DNA of 64,000 nucleotides from an uncultured Gemmatimonadales bacterium (GTDB lineage: Bacteria > Gemmatimonadota > Gemmatimonadetes > Gemmatimonadales > GWC2-71-9). Position 1 is the stretch's first letter. Each line of letters begins with the position of its first letter. The stretch is from the NCBI GenBank assembly GCA_963743195.1, contig CAVUOO010000003.1, forward strand, positions 747,771-811,770, read 5' to 3'. The notes beneath the pieces were generated by a model, which saw only the letters and a program-made list of their open reading frames with translations, had not been told where the DNA came from and made no database searches. Below are positions 10,071-20,442 of this stretch, piece by piece. The position numbers and the translations under genes were made by a program.

Positions 10071-11243
10071 TCAGGTCTCCTGTAATACGTCGACCACCCG
10101 TTCCATTTCGGCGACCGTGTTGTACGCGTGCGGGCTCAACCGGATTGAGCCCTCGCGCACGGTGCAGATCACTCGCGCGGCCTTGAGGGCCCGATACGCC
10201 AGATCCACGCGCTCCGGCGCCACACACACAATCCCTGAGCCTCGCGGACCCCGCGGCGACGAGACTCGTACCCCGGTCCGATCGGCCCAGTCGAGCACGG
10301 GGGCGTGCAAGGCTCGAAGGTGCTCGGCGATCCGGTGGACGCCCAGCTCGTGTATCAGACCGAGAGATGCGTTCATCCCCGCGAAATCCTGATAGGGGAG
10401 CGTAATCAACTCGAACCGTCGCGCGTCTCCGCGAAGGGTGTCGTGGTAGCTGGTCAGCCGAGTGAAATCATCGGTTCCCTCGAACGCCATCCACCCCGTC
10501 ACCGGTGGACTGAGCCGGGGAATGAGCTCGCGGCGCACGTAGATGAAACCGGATCCCCAGGGCGAGAGGAGCCATTTCTGGCCGCCGCAGGCGAGCACAT
10601 CCACCTCGACGCGGCTGAGGTCGAGGGGAACCTGGCCCACGCCCTGGATTCCATCGACGACGAGATAGGCGCCGGTTCGCCGAGTCGCCGCCGACAGCGC
10701 GTTCAGATCCGCCAGGTAGCCGTTGCTGAATTGGACGAGTGAGATCGCGAGCACACGGACTCGCGGATCGGACAGGCGCTCGAGCAGTCTTGGTTCGTCC
10801 GGCCAGCCGTCCGGCGTGGTCGGCACCAGCTCCATCTCTATCCCGAGCTCGCTGAGGCGCATCCACGGATAGACGTTGGCGGGGAACTCCTTGTCGCTCA
10901 CCAGGACGCGGTCGCCGCGCTCGAGCGGAAGCGCCCGCGCGATGACTGAGAGACCGAACCCGGTGTTCACCGAGAGACCGATCTCCTCGGGGCTGACGGA
11001 GAGCAGATCCGAGATGAGTCGACGCGAGGTGGTCATCAACGCGAAGAGATCCCGATCCGGCAGGTTAAAGGGCATCGAGCGCCTGCGATTGAAGGCATCC
11101 AGCGCCAGGCGCGTCCGCTCGGGCAAAGGGCCGATGCTGGCGTGGTTGAGATAGGTCGTCTCGCCCGTCCAGGGGAACTCGGTAGCGCGAAGCGTCTCGC
11201 AGTCGATGGGCTGGGCCTCGAAATGGACAGCCTCCGCGCTCAT
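10071..11243 (-). CDS. class V aminotransferase-fold PLP-dependent enzyme
   Basis: 390 aa. YLNHASIGPLP N-terminal motif and a CGGQKWLLSPWGSG PLP-lysine region. Separated by 1 nt from the downstream ATPase gene. Confidence 0.7.
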   Translation of the reverse strand: MSAEAVHFEAQPIDCETLRATEFPWTGETTYLNHASIGPLPERTRLALDAFNRRRSMPFNLPDRDLFALMTTSRRLISDLLSVSPEEIGLSVNTGFGLSVIARALPLERGDRVLVSDKEFPANVYPWMRLSELGIEMELVPTTPDGWPDEPRLLERLSDPRVRVLAISLVQFSNGYLADLNALSAATRRTGAYLVVDGIQGVGQVPLDLSRVEVDVLACGGQKWLLSPWGSGFIYVRRELIPRLSPPVTGWMAFEGTDDFTRLTSYHDTLRGDARRFELITLPYQDFAGMNASLGLIHELGVHRIAEHLRALHAPVLDWADRTGVRVSSPRGPRGSGIVCVAPERVDLAYRALKAARVICTVREGSIRLSPHAYNTVAEMERVVDVLQET

Positions 11244-11506
11244 TCCAGAGCCTCACAGCGCTCAGGGAGGCAGGCACTCCGCGGGCATTCCGCGACTGTC
11301 CTGACGAGGACCAAATCCTGCTGCGGAAACAGGTTCCACCGCGGATGGTCGTCCAAGACGCTACCAGGCATGTGGATCCCACAAAAAGGGTCGGCTGCGT
11401 CACCGCGCAGGTGGTTGCACTTATACATCTTAGCTAGGGCGGCGCACGATTCTTGCAATTTTGTCTCGATCCTAGAGTACGCCCCCAACTGGAGACGGGG
11501 CAAGAC

Positions 11507-12568
11507 GTGAACAAAGAACGTCCGTTTACCCTGGTTTTGAGCGGTGGCGGCCTCAAAGGGCTCGCCCACATCGGCGTCTTCCGCGCATTGGAAGAGCGCG
11601 GGTTGGCTCCGTCGCTCGTCGTAGGGTCGAGCATCGGCTCGCTCATCGGAGCCGCCTGGACCTCAGGCACCTCTGTGCGTCAAATGGTGGCGCGGGCCCT
11701 CACAGTCCGGCGCCGGGATGTCTTTCAAGTCGCGCACGTCGATATGGCGTTTCGACGCATGCAGGCTCCCGCACTGTATCGCCGAGAGCCACTCGAAACG
11801 CTCATCCACAGCCTCGTCGGCGACGTTACTTTCCGCGACCTCTCGACCCGTCTGCTCGTCAACACAACCGACCTGCTGTCCGGCATGCAGGTCATGTGGG
11901 GATTGCCCGGTCTTCTCGATGCCCGCGTCGCCGATGCGGTCGCTGCCTCGTGCGCGCTCCCCGGGCTGTTCCCGCCGCAGACGATTCAGGGTCGGGCCTA
12001 TGTCGACGGGGCCGTCGTGGAAAACCTTCCCGTGCGGCTCGCCGCATCCCTTTCGCCCAATCCCATCATCGCGGTCAACGTCGCTGCCACGAGCGTGCGT
12101 CGGGCCGCCCACGAAACGGAGGGCTTTGCCGCCACCTACATTCGCGGCCTCGAGATCGTGATGCAGACCCAGATCGAGGGACAACTGCGCGACTGGAAGG
12201 GACCGCCGCTCGTGCTGGTGCAGCCCCGGGTGGAGCACATCTCGATGTTCGCCTTCGACAAGACCGAAGAACTGATCGAGGCGGGCTACCGGGCCACGGC
12301 GGCGACGCTCGACCAGGTCGGAATTCATCTGCACAGAATTCCAAAGGGAATGCATCCGATGCGTCAGCTTCGCGTCTTGGTGGACGACGCGCGCTGCGTG
12401 GGGTGCGGCGCCTGTGTGATCCAGGCGCCGACTGTATTCGGGCTCAATGCGCTGGGGAAAGCCGAAGTGCTCATTCCGATCCAGAGCTGGTCGCCGATGG
12501 ATGGGTCCTACGTCCTGAACTGTCCGACGGATGCGATCAGCGTGAGGCCGGTGGAGTCAGCGGCGTAA
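11507..12568 (+). CDS. patatin-like phospholipase fused to a C-terminal single-cluster ferredoxin domain
   Basis: GTG at 11507 with GGAG 12 nt upstream. Patatin motifs GGGLKG (oxyanion), GSSIG (GxSxG nucleophile) and YVDGAV (DGA). The C-terminal 60 aa read RCVGCGACVIQAPTVFGL...VLNCPTDAI (CxxCxxC...CP). Confidence 0.75.
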   Translation: MNKERPFTLVLSGGGLKGLAHIGVFRALEERGLAPSLVVGSSIGSLIGAAWTSGTSVRQMVARALTVRRRDVFQVAHVDMAFRRMQAPALYRREPLETLIHSLVGDVTFRDLSTRLLVNTTDLLSGMQVMWGLPGLLDARVADAVAASCALPGLFPPQTIQGRAYVDGAVVENLPVRLAASLSPNPIIAVNVAATSVRRAAHETEGFAATYIRGLEIVMQTQIEGQLRDWKGPPLVLVQPRVEHISMFAFDKTEELIEAGYRATAATLDQVGIHLHRIPKGMHPMRQLRVLVDDARCVGCGACVIQAPTVFGLNALGKAEVLIPIQSWSPMDGSYVLNCPTDAISVRPVESAA

Positions 12569-13190
12569 CCTGAAAGATGAACACGCTGGCGCCCTGCTGG
12601 CGGATCATGGGGATGAGATTGCGGAATGGGCTGCGATAGTAGCGATGCAACCGCACCCTGCCCCATGGTGAAAGCGCCCGCTTGAGGAGCACCTCATCGT
12701 ACGACCGCTTGTGATCGGGGTCGCCGAAGTAGTCGCCCACCGGTGTCGTTCCGACGACCGAGCCTCCTGAGGCGAGATATCCCACCAGCTCCCCGATAAG
12801 GGCGGAATCGTCGGCGACGTGCTCGATCACCTCGTTGCAATAGATGATGTCGAACTGACCGGGGCCGGGTGGTACGGTGGTGAAGACAGGACGCGCCGCG
12901 GACCCCCGAAACGTCTTCGCCTGAGTGATCGCGGCCGGGGAGATGTCATAGCCCACCGCCTCACCACCCAGTTCCTGAAGACAGATCGTGAAGATCCCAT
13001 CCATACAACCGAAATCGAGCACCCGCTTCCCCTCCGGCGGGTAGCGCCGGAGCAGCGCTCGCTGTCGCCAGAGGATGTGGGTGAGGCGCCAGTCACGGTC
13101 GAGCGCGCGTGCCCCTTGCCTCTCGAGCCAGACCCGGTACTGGCGGTCGTACTCGTCCGCTGCGGCCGAGGAGGTGGCCGTGAACGACAT
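12537..13190 (-). CDS. class I SAM-dependent methyltransferase
   Basis: 217 aa starting MSFTATSS. Motif I VLDFGCMDG and a later DIIYCNEVIEHV. The start overlaps the upstream GT stop by 1 nt. Confidence 0.75.
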   Translation of the reverse strand: MSFTATSSAAADEYDRQYRVWLERQGARALDRDWRLTHILWRQRALLRRYPPEGKRVLDFGCMDGIFTICLQELGGEAVGYDISPAAITQAKTFRGSAARPVFTTVPPGPGQFDIIYCNEVIEHVADDSALIGELVGYLASGGSVVGTTPVGDYFGDPDHKRSYDEVLLKRALSPWGRVRLHRYYRSPFRNLIPMIRQQGASVFIFQVTPLTPPASR

Positions 13191-14386
13191 CAGGAGGCCG
13201 CTTCCCGCGCGCCGACTGCGGCGTGCTTCTGCCCGATCGCCACCAGATGGGAGATGACGCGGTCCCAGTTGTAGTACCGCTCCACGGCACGCCGGCCGGC
13301 TTGACCCATTCGCTCTCGAAGCCCCGGATCGTCGAGGAGACGGCGCAGCGCCTGTGCGACAGCCTCGGGGTTCTCCGCCTCGACCAGGATACCGGTCTCT
13401 CCGTCGCGCACCGCCTCCGGGATGCCTCCGCTGTGCCCCGCGATGATGGGAACTCCACAGGCCGAGGCCTCGCAGAGGGAAATGCCGAATCCTTCCACGC
13501 GCTGCTCGAGCAGCCGAGACACGCCGAGGTAGATCTCGGCGCAGTTGTAGAGTGCGGGCAGGTCTTTGTCCGGCACGCCGGTGAGGAATCGGACTCGATT
13601 GTGCACTCCGAGCTCTTTCGCCTGGATCTCCAGCGCGGGCTGATACTCCCCTTCCCCGACCACGGCGTATCGGAGATCGGGGTATCGGTCGCGGATCCGG
13701 GCAAACGCGTGAAGTACGGTGTCGATGCCCTTGTGCCGCGTGAGTCGAGCCACCGAGAGGAGCCATCTTCCTCCATCCAGCTCGTAGCGCATCCGCACAT
13801 CGCGGGTATCGATACCCGGTCGAAAGAACTCCCGATCGGCACCGAGAGGGACCACCTGGACTCGCTCGGGTGAGGTATCGAGATCGAGCTCGCCCAGGAG
13901 AGTCAGGCAGCGATCTCGGGTCCACGCGCTGTTCGCGACGAGGACGGCGGCGGAGCCGAGAAGGCCACGGGCGGTCCGACGCTTGATGGCGGACTGGTGG
14001 ATCTGGTGCTGCAGGATGAGGACGTCCCCTCCATGGAGGAGCACGCCGAACGGCGTCCCGATCCGCTCCCGCGTCCACTTGGCGGGATACGCCGCAGGCT
14101 TGATGTTCCCGCACCAGATGAATTCGGCGTCCGTGCTCCGCGCAAGCATGGCGCTGCGCCGAGCCCACAGCATCAACCCCTGAATAGTGCGAAGGCGACG
14201 GGGCGTAACAGGGAGTCGGTCCACCCGATTCGGGAAGGTTGCGTCTACCTCGGATGCATCGGGATGACTGCCGGTGGAAACGACGAGGGATCCGGCGGGA
14301 TAACGTTTGGCGAGCTCCGCCATCCACCTGGCGATTCCGCCGCCGATCGGCGGAAAGTCGTACGTCAGGAGCAGGTGAGTCCGCAT
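13190..14386 (-). CDS. glycosyltransferase family 4
   Basis: 398 aa from MRTHLLLTYDFPPIGGGIA. C-terminal EGFGISLCEASACGVP...GGIPE (E-x7-E type GT-B signature). Confidence 0.8.
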   Translation of the reverse strand: MRTHLLLTYDFPPIGGGIARWMAELAKRYPAGSLVVSTGSHPDASEVDATFPNRVDRLPVTPRRLRTIQGLMLWARRSAMLARSTDAEFIWCGNIKPAAYPAKWTRERIGTPFGVLLHGGDVLILQHQIHQSAIKRRTARGLLGSAAVLVANSAWTRDRCLTLLGELDLDTSPERVQVVPLGADREFFRPGIDTRDVRMRYELDGGRWLLSVARLTRHKGIDTVLHAFARIRDRYPDLRYAVVGEGEYQPALEIQAKELGVHNRVRFLTGVPDKDLPALYNCAEIYLGVSRLLEQRVEGFGISLCEASACGVPIIAGHSGGIPEAVRDGETGILVEAENPEAVAQALRRLLDDPGLRERMGQAGRRAVERYYNWDRVISHLVAIGQKHAAVGAREAAS

Positions 14387-14396
14387 CCCCGATAAT

Positions 14397-15404
14397 CTAG
14401 CGAAGCATGGCCGTGAGCCTAGCCATGAGGCGGCTGGCGGCTGCGGGAATCGTGAGCTGGTCCACCGCGGAGGGGTCGGGCGCCTGGCCTGCGAGGGCGC
14501 GAGAAACCGCCTCGGCAATGGCTGCGGGATCGTCCGGCGGCACCAGGTGGGCCGCCCGACTGATGAACTCCCGATGAGGGGGGATGTCTGAGGCAACGAC
14601 CGGCGTTCCCGACGCCAGTGCCTCGATCGGGCCGAGCCCGAATCCCTCGAATCGGCTGGGAAACACGGCCACGCTCGCCTGCCGATACGCGTGCTCGACG
14701 GTCGGATCGTCGGCACCGGTCTCGACGGAAGAGCGAACGCCCAGCCGTGCTCCCAAGCGCCGCAGCCGCTCCTCTTCCGGGCCGCGGCCGATCAGGCGGA
14801 CCTGAACTCTATCGCCGATCAAAGCGGCCGCGCGCAAGACCGCTTCCTGATTCTTGTGGATCTCGAGCCGCGAGACCGTGAGCAGGACCGGCGGCAGATC
14901 GCGCGAGGCGGAGCTGAATCGGAACCGCGACGAGTCGTAGCAATAGGGGACGGGTGTCCCACTCACCCCGAAACGGTCGCGCACGATGCCGGCGGTGAAC
15001 TCACTCGCCGTCCAGAGCTGGTCGGCCCGCGTCGCGATGTATCGGAGCCGGCTGTAGTACCCTGGCCTTTGCCGGTAGCCGCCGACCATCCGTGGAAGCC
15101 GAAGAAACCGACGTCCGAACCACCAGATCGGATCGGGCTTTCCGATCGACGTCCCCTTGGGTGGAAGATCCCAGAGGTACAGGATCAGCGAGGCCCGCCT
15201 CGCCTGCGCGTATCGCCAGGCTGGCTCGGCCACGCGCCCGCTCATGGCGAAGGCGACTCGCGCCGGCGAATCGCCTTCGAGGGCTATTCGGAGACCGGAA
15301 CGGCGAAGCTCGGGAACGACGAGGGTTGTATATGGATTCGAGGCGAACCACCGAACGTCATCCACGCCCGTCCACCACTCGGGCGAGCCCGGATTCGTAC
15401 CCAT
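14397..15404 (-). CDS. glycosyltransferase (GT-B, family 1/4-like)
   Basis: EGFGLGPIEALASGTPVV signature and the KNQ linker region. The start is uncertain: ATG 15404 overlaps the upstream gene by 47 nt, and the alternative GTG 15365 overlaps by 8 nt. Confidence 0.7.
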   Translation of the reverse strand: MGTNPGSPEWWTGVDDVRWFASNPYTTLVVPELRRSGLRIALEGDSPARVAFAMSGRVAEPAWRYAQARRASLILYLWDLPPKGTSIGKPDPIWWFGRRFLRLPRMVGGYRQRPGYYSRLRYIATRADQLWTASEFTAGIVRDRFGVSGTPVPYCYDSSRFRFSSASRDLPPVLLTVSRLEIHKNQEAVLRAAALIGDRVQVRLIGRGPEEERLRRLGARLGVRSSVETGADDPTVEHAYRQASVAVFPSRFEGFGLGPIEALASGTPVVASDIPPHREFISRAAHLVPPDDPAAIAEAVSRALAGQAPDPSAVDQLTIPAAASRLMARLTAMLR

Positions 15405-16458
15405 CGATCATGCGACTCAAGGGGAACTCTTCCTCTATTCGACGCCGCGCCGCAGCCCCTATCTCCTGCCGGAGCTCCCGGTCTGCCAAGAGGAGTTGCA
15501 CGGCGTCTGCGAGCGCGGGGGGATCGCCGGGGGGGACCAGAACTCCAGTGCGTCCATCGATGCCGAGGAGCTCGCCGGTACCGCCTGCGTCGGCAGCGAC
15601 CACCGCGCAGGCGCAGGACATCGCCTCGCCGACCGCGTTGGGAAAAATCTCCTTCAGCGACGGGTGAACGACGACGTCCGCCGCCGAGAGGGCCGCCACC
15701 ATTTCCGGGAGGTCGAGGAGACCCGTGAAGATGGTCGGAAAGGACTGGTCTGCCGCGAGCCCCCGCAGTTCGGCTTCCCGGGAACCGTCGCCGCAGACGA
15801 CGTACACCAGGTCGATGCCCTCCCGACGCACCAGGTCGAGCGCCTCGATCGCCACGTCGTGTCCCTTGTTCCGGGTGAGTTTCGCCGAGGTGAGCACGAC
15901 CGCGCTGGCGGAGGGGATGCCGTAGCGCGCGCGGAACGCGAGTCCCGCAGCCTCGTCGCGGACGAAGGCCGTCGTGTCGTACCCATTCGGGATCCGCCGC
16001 GAGGTGAGTCGTCGGAGCCGCGGGGCATGGGAATACGCCTCTTTCCGGATGTAGCGCGACTGGTAGAAACAAGCCGCAACCCGGCTCAGGTAGACCCGGT
16101 CCATGAGGTGCGATCGCGGTCGCCGATAGTTCAGGTTGTAGCGGTAGATGATTCGCGCGCCGTGGAGCAGGGTGGCATAGGCGGAAAGACGAACGTCACG
16201 GGGTGTGTCGGCGACGATAGCCTGGGCGCCAATTTGTCGAAGAATTCGTAGCAGAGCCCATACCTCTCGCGGCCCGGTGTCGCGCCCGGGCAGCTGGCTC
16301 ACAGGCAGACCCTGAGCCTCGAGCCGCTCGGTCAGACGGGGCACGGCGGTCACGAGGCGAACGTCATGCCCACGGTCCAGGAGTCCCCGGGCGATTTTCG
16401 CGTAGCTCACGCCCGAGCCCCGCCAACCATTGGCCGAAGTGAGGAGGACGATCTTCAT
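15358..16458 (-). CDS. glycosyltransferase family 4
   Basis: Start MKIVLLTSANGWRGSGVS (ATG 16458). RNKGHDV and EIFPNAVGEAMSCACAVV...GGTGE GT-B signature. Confidence 0.75.
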   Translation of the reverse strand: MKIVLLTSANGWRGSGVSYAKIARGLLDRGHDVRLVTAVPRLTERLEAQGLPVSQLPGRDTGPREVWALLRILRQIGAQAIVADTPRDVRLSAYATLLHGARIIYRYNLNYRRPRSHLMDRVYLSRVAACFYQSRYIRKEAYSHAPRLRRLTSRRIPNGYDTTAFVRDEAAGLAFRARYGIPSASAVVLTSAKLTRNKGHDVAIEALDLVRREGIDLVYVVCGDGSREAELRGLAADQSFPTIFTGLLDLPEMVAALSAADVVVHPSLKEIFPNAVGEAMSCACAVVAADAGGTGELLGIDGRTGVLVPPGDPPALADAVQLLLADRELRQEIGAAARRRIEEEFPLSRMIDGYESGLARVVDGRG

Positions 16459-16478
16459 CTCGACGCTATACTTCCCCC

Positions 16479-17462
16479 ATGCGAGTGCTCGTTCTCGGCG
16501 CCGGCGGAGCACGGCGGACGGAAGCGTCGATCGTCCGCGCGGTCCGATCGCTCGACCATCACTGCCGCTTCATCGACGTCGTCGGCTGGTGCCGGCGCCT
16601 GGGACGGCTCGCCCCGCCGTTGGTCCGTCGGCTGGGCGAAGCGTTCCGGCCCGAAGCCGTGATCCTGACCCGGCACTCCCGCCGGCTCGGCGATCGCATA
16701 TTGGCAAGTATCACGCAAGGCCGCGCCGGGGGGCTCTGGTATTTCGACCTCAGCGTGCCACCGCTGCCGGAAGTGATCAGGCTCGCGAGAATCGTGGGAC
16801 GCATCTTTGTCACGTGCCACTCCCAGATGGCCGCCTATCGGCATGCCGGCGTGCCCCAAGTGCTCTACCTCCCGCAAGGCCTCGATCCGTCGATCGACCG
16901 TCCCGTTACGAGCGCCCCTGAGCGATTCAGCTGCGACCTCTCGTTCGTCGGATCGGGACAGTATCCCGACCGCTACGATCTGCTGCGCCGCATGGCCCAA
17001 GTCGGCCGGTTGCAGGTGCGGGGGCCCGGTTGGGACGGAGCGCCGCCCGACATTCCCGTGGCGGGTGGCCCGGTATTCGGCAAAGCATTCGCGCGGGTCG
17101 TCCACGGTGCGGCCATCTCACTCGGCGCTAACGCGACCCGTGCGCAGGACTCCCAGGTTGCCTGCACTTCCAATCGGCTCTGGAAGGTCCTCGGCTGCGG
17201 CGGTTTCTTCCTCGGGCCCTGGCAGACCGGCCTCGATCACTTTGCTCGAGATGGAGAGCACTGCGTCTGGTATCGTAGCCTGGACGACGCAGTGGATCTC
17301 GCCCGCCGCTACCTCGCCGATACCACGCGCCGCCAGGAGATAGCCGCCGCGGGCCGGGAGTACGCGCTCGGCAGGCATACCTATGCTCATCGTGTCGCGC
17401 TGCTCCTCAGCGGGAAAGGGTACGAGATCGAGGACCCCGTAGGGGCTCAGACGATCTTGTAG
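16479..17462 (+). CDS. CgeB/DUF3880-like glycosyltransferase-family protein
   Basis: 327 aa. FVGSGQYPDRYDLL, NRLWKVLGCGGFFL and a C-terminal ...GREYALGRHTYAHRV pattern typical of CgeB-family proteins. Paralogous in layout to 20439..21398. Confidence 0.6.
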   Translation: MRVLVLGAGGARRTEASIVRAVRSLDHHCRFIDVVGWCRRLGRLAPPLVRRLGEAFRPEAVILTRHSRRLGDRILASITQGRAGGLWYFDLSVPPLPEVIRLARIVGRIFVTCHSQMAAYRHAGVPQVLYLPQGLDPSIDRPVTSAPERFSCDLSFVGSGQYPDRYDLLRRMAQVGRLQVRGPGWDGAPPDIPVAGGPVFGKAFARVVHGAAISLGANATRAQDSQVACTSNRLWKVLGCGGFFLGPWQTGLDHFARDGEHCVWYRSLDDAVDLARRYLADTTRRQEIAAAGREYALGRHTYAHRVALLLSGKGYEIEDPVGAQTIL

Positions 17463-18310
17463 TTGCGGAACTCGAAAACCCGCACCCCGGTCAAGCGCTC
17501 GATCGCACCGGAGATGTAATACCGCAGGAAGCGCCAACGGAAGCGCGGCGGGGCGATGACCCGCTCTGGATCTGTCCGCCGGTCGTCGATCCAACGCCTG
17601 GCGACGGCCGGATGCGTTCCCGTGAACGGGCGAATCCCCGGCACCCAGGCGAGGAGCGGCAGCGCGGCGTCGGCGTCGCGCCACGGATACATCGTCTTCC
17701 CCAGCTCGCGTTTCTCGCGGAGCGCGTGCGCGGGACGGGCCCAGCCGTAGTGAAACATTTCCGACTCTGTCAGTCGCGCCCGGATCTTCCGATGCTCGGG
17801 ACCGACCCGAAACCCCTGAGCGCCTTGATAGGGCCGGATGTCGAGCGCCGGATCGAGCCGCACCGCCCGAACTTCCCGCCGGTACCACCGCCGATGCGTC
17901 GCCACGGTCTCGAAACCACCGTAGAAGTGGAGGTATCGTACCAGCAGACCTTCTACCCTCGGATCGTCATCGTGTCGTTCGATCGCAGCCGCGAGCTCTG
18001 CCGCGCCACGCTCGTGGAGTACCTCGTCGGCCTGGATGTAGACCCCCCAGGCGTGGCTGCACGCTCGCATGGCCCGCAGAGTCTCGACTCCCAGGACGGT
18101 ATTCCGACGGGTCATGTCCCAGTCCGCCTCGAGTATGCGGATCTTGGGATCGTCGATCGATCTCACGAGCTCGAGCGTGGCGTCTTCCGAGCGCCCGACG
18201 TTGACGACGACCTCGTCGCATACCGGCAAGATGGAACGGATGCTGGCCTCGATCGGAAAGTCCAGCTTGATCGCGTTCCTGACGATGGTGAAGCCCGAAA
18301 CCTTGACCAA
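17447..18310 (-). CDS. glycosyltransferase family 2-like protein
   Basis: 287 aa. N-terminal FTIVRNAIKLDFPIEASIRSILPVCDEVVVNVGRSEDAT resembles the GT-A DxD-type N-terminal fold region. The functional call is weak. Confidence 0.45.
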   Translation of the reverse strand: MVKVSGFTIVRNAIKLDFPIEASIRSILPVCDEVVVNVGRSEDATLELVRSIDDPKIRILEADWDMTRRNTVLGVETLRAMRACSHAWGVYIQADEVLHERGAAELAAAIERHDDDPRVEGLLVRYLHFYGGFETVATHRRWYRREVRAVRLDPALDIRPYQGAQGFRVGPEHRKIRARLTESEMFHYGWARPAHALREKRELGKTMYPWRDADAALPLLAWVPGIRPFTGTHPAVARRWIDDRRTDPERVIAPPRFRWRFLRYYISGAIERLTGVRVFEFRNYKIV

Positions 18311-18346
18311 GACCCGCCCCCTCAGCTCGAAATCGGCGACCCAATC

Positions 18347-19459
18347 TCACTCGACTGGCGCTGAGGGAGCAAGCGCGGGTCGGCTCAGGAGGGACTCATA
18401 GAGCCATCGGGTTCGCTCGACCGTCCGGTCGAGCGAGAACGTCTCGCGAGCGGTCCGGCGGCCGGCGGCACCCAGCCGCAGAGCAAGCGGCCGGTCCTGG
18501 AGCACGCGCTCGATCGCCGCGGCCCACTCGTGCGCGGCGAGGGGTGGGACCAGGAGACCGCTCACCTCGGTCGCGATCAGGTCGAGATTTCCGGCCGCGG
18601 CGGAAGCTATGACCGGCTTGCCCAGCGCCATCGCCTCCAGGAGTGCCTGCGAGAGGCCCTCGATGCGGGAGGGAAGGAGAACCAGCTCGAGCAGGTCATA
18701 GAGCGGGCGGACGTCGCTCACGAAAGGAATGCAGACTACGGCGTGTCGCGAAGGCACGCGGTCTGCGGCGTGACCGAGGGGGCCCGACGGGTCCACGCCG
18801 GCGAGCACCAGGCGGACGGGCGTGTTCACGAACTCGAGTGCGTCGAGCACGACCAGCTGATCCTTGGGGCGTGCCACGATGCCGATCGTTCGCCGATCAT
18901 TGCTCCAGCCGATCCGGTGTCGCCAGGCCTCGAGCGCCATGGGTTCGACCGGCACGTCCACTCGTTCGGTGATGAGCCCGTTGGGAATCACGACCAGCTT
19001 GCCCGCAGGTGTTCCCTTGCGACGGAGCGCATCGGCAACGGGCCGACTCACCGCAACGACACACGATGCGGCGCGGGACGCCAGCCAATTCTCGAGGACG
19101 AAGGTGCGCGGCATCTGCCGACGCGTGATCACGAGGGGTACCCGCAGTCGGCGGCGCAGAGCGAGCCAGGTGAGCGCTTCTCGGTCTCGCGCGCTCTGGG
19201 AGTTGACCAGGTCGACCGGAACTCGTTCGAGGAGCCGCGCGAGGGCTCGGGCGTTGACCCGTCGGCTCCCGGCCGGCAGCGCAAGCGCGTGGACGTCGAG
19301 GCCCTGCGCACGTGCGATGGCTTCCACCTCTGAATCGGGGGGACAGACAAAGCTGACAGCGATACCCGAGCGCTGGAGACCGACGGAGAGATACAGGGCG
19401 GATGTAACGGATCCGGCGCCACCGCCTTGATGCAAGACCTGCAGGACGCGGAGCGTCAT
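18347..19459 (-). CDS. glycosyltransferase family 4
   Basis: Start MTLRVLQVLHQGGGAGS (ATG 19459). EGLSQALLEAMALGKPVI signature. Confidence 0.75.
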   Translation of the reverse strand: MTLRVLQVLHQGGGAGSVTSALYLSVGLQRSGIAVSFVCPPDSEVEAIARAQGLDVHALALPAGSRRVNARALARLLERVPVDLVNSQSARDREALTWLALRRRLRVPLVITRRQMPRTFVLENWLASRAASCVVAVSRPVADALRRKGTPAGKLVVIPNGLITERVDVPVEPMALEAWRHRIGWSNDRRTIGIVARPKDQLVVLDALEFVNTPVRLVLAGVDPSGPLGHAADRVPSRHAVVCIPFVSDVRPLYDLLELVLLPSRIEGLSQALLEAMALGKPVIASAAAGNLDLIATEVSGLLVPPLAAHEWAAAIERVLQDRPLALRLGAAGRRTARETFSLDRTVERTRWLYESLLSRPALAPSAPVE

Positions 19460-19502
19460 CGGCGCGGGCGATGGTCGGGGTCGAAGATAGATTGGTAGGC
19501 CA

Positions 19503-20442
19503 ATGAACATCGCCCTCTTCTTCTGGGACCGACTCCCCGCCCCGACCTATGGCGGCACCCAGCGCATGGTGCTCTATCTGGCCCGGGGCCTTGCCGCCGC
19601 CGGGCATCGTGTCACGCTCGTGGCGGGCGAGGGCTCCAATGTCCCCGAGACTACACTCGTCCCCGTCGATCTCAAGGTGGCACGGAGTCCCGAATTCGAC
19701 ATTCGCCGCTATCTCCCCTCGGGACTGGAGATTCTCCTGTCATACGCGCCGCTGCGAACGCCTCCCGACCTTCCCTGGGTGAGAGGGCTTCCCGGCAACT
19801 GGAAATCCGGGACGGTCGGTCCACCGAATACGCTCTACCTGAGCGAGGATCACGCGCGACGCCACGGCGGCAGTGCGTTCGTGTACAATGGCATCGACCC
19901 GGCAGACTTTCATTTTCGTCCAACCAAGGACGACTACGATCTCTTCCTCGGACGGTTGCACAGCATCAAGGGATACCGCTGGGCGATCGAAGGCGCCAAA
20001 CGGACGAAACGCAGACTCCTGCTCGCGGGAGGATGGCGACCGAGCCTTCAGTCGGTACGTTCGGTTCGTGGGAAGCGTCGGCGGAGAAAAGAAAGCGGCG
20101 CTCCTCGCAGGGGCGGGATGCCTCTGGATGCCGGCACTCTGGGACGAGCCGTTCGGCATCACGCTGATCGAGGCCATGGTGAGCGGCACCCCGATACTGG
20201 GAACGCGGCGCGGCTCCCTGCCCGAAATTGTCTCGCCCGCCGTCGGCGCTCTTGGCGATTCGGTCGATGAGCTGGTGGCGCTGCGTCCCGGGCTCGCCGG
20301 GACCGATCCCGACGCGTGTCGCGCTCGCGTCGAGCGCTACTTCACCCATCACCGGATGGCGGAAGGATATGTGCGGATGTTTCGCCACTTTCTCTCGCAC
20401 GGGGTCCTTCCGCCGGGAGAGCGGGCGAGCGCGGCCGCTTAG
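19503..20442 (+). pseudogene. glycosyltransferase (GT-B), one insertion-like frame change as assembled between ~20030 and 20062
   Basis: The N-terminal half MNIALFFWDRLPAPTYGGTQRMV...LLLAGG is in ORF 19503..20270. The rest, YVRFVGSVGGEKKAALLAGAGCLWMPALWDEPFGITLIEAMVSGTPILG, is in ORF 19873..20442. Confidence 0.7.

Noticed and set aside
8501-11243. The HerA-like ATPase as part of a defence or conjugation module.
   Set aside because: It is the DUF853/YjgR subtype, paired with a class V aminotransferase. There is no nuclease, Sir2, DUF4297 or mobility gene nearby.
11244-11506. Sigma70-type promoters in the aminotransferase/patatin divergent spacer (TTGCAA at 11453 with TAGAGT at 11473; TTGCAC at 11415).
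   Set aside because: The spacer lengths (14 nt or less) are incompatible with functional -35/-10 pairs. No convincing alternative was found.
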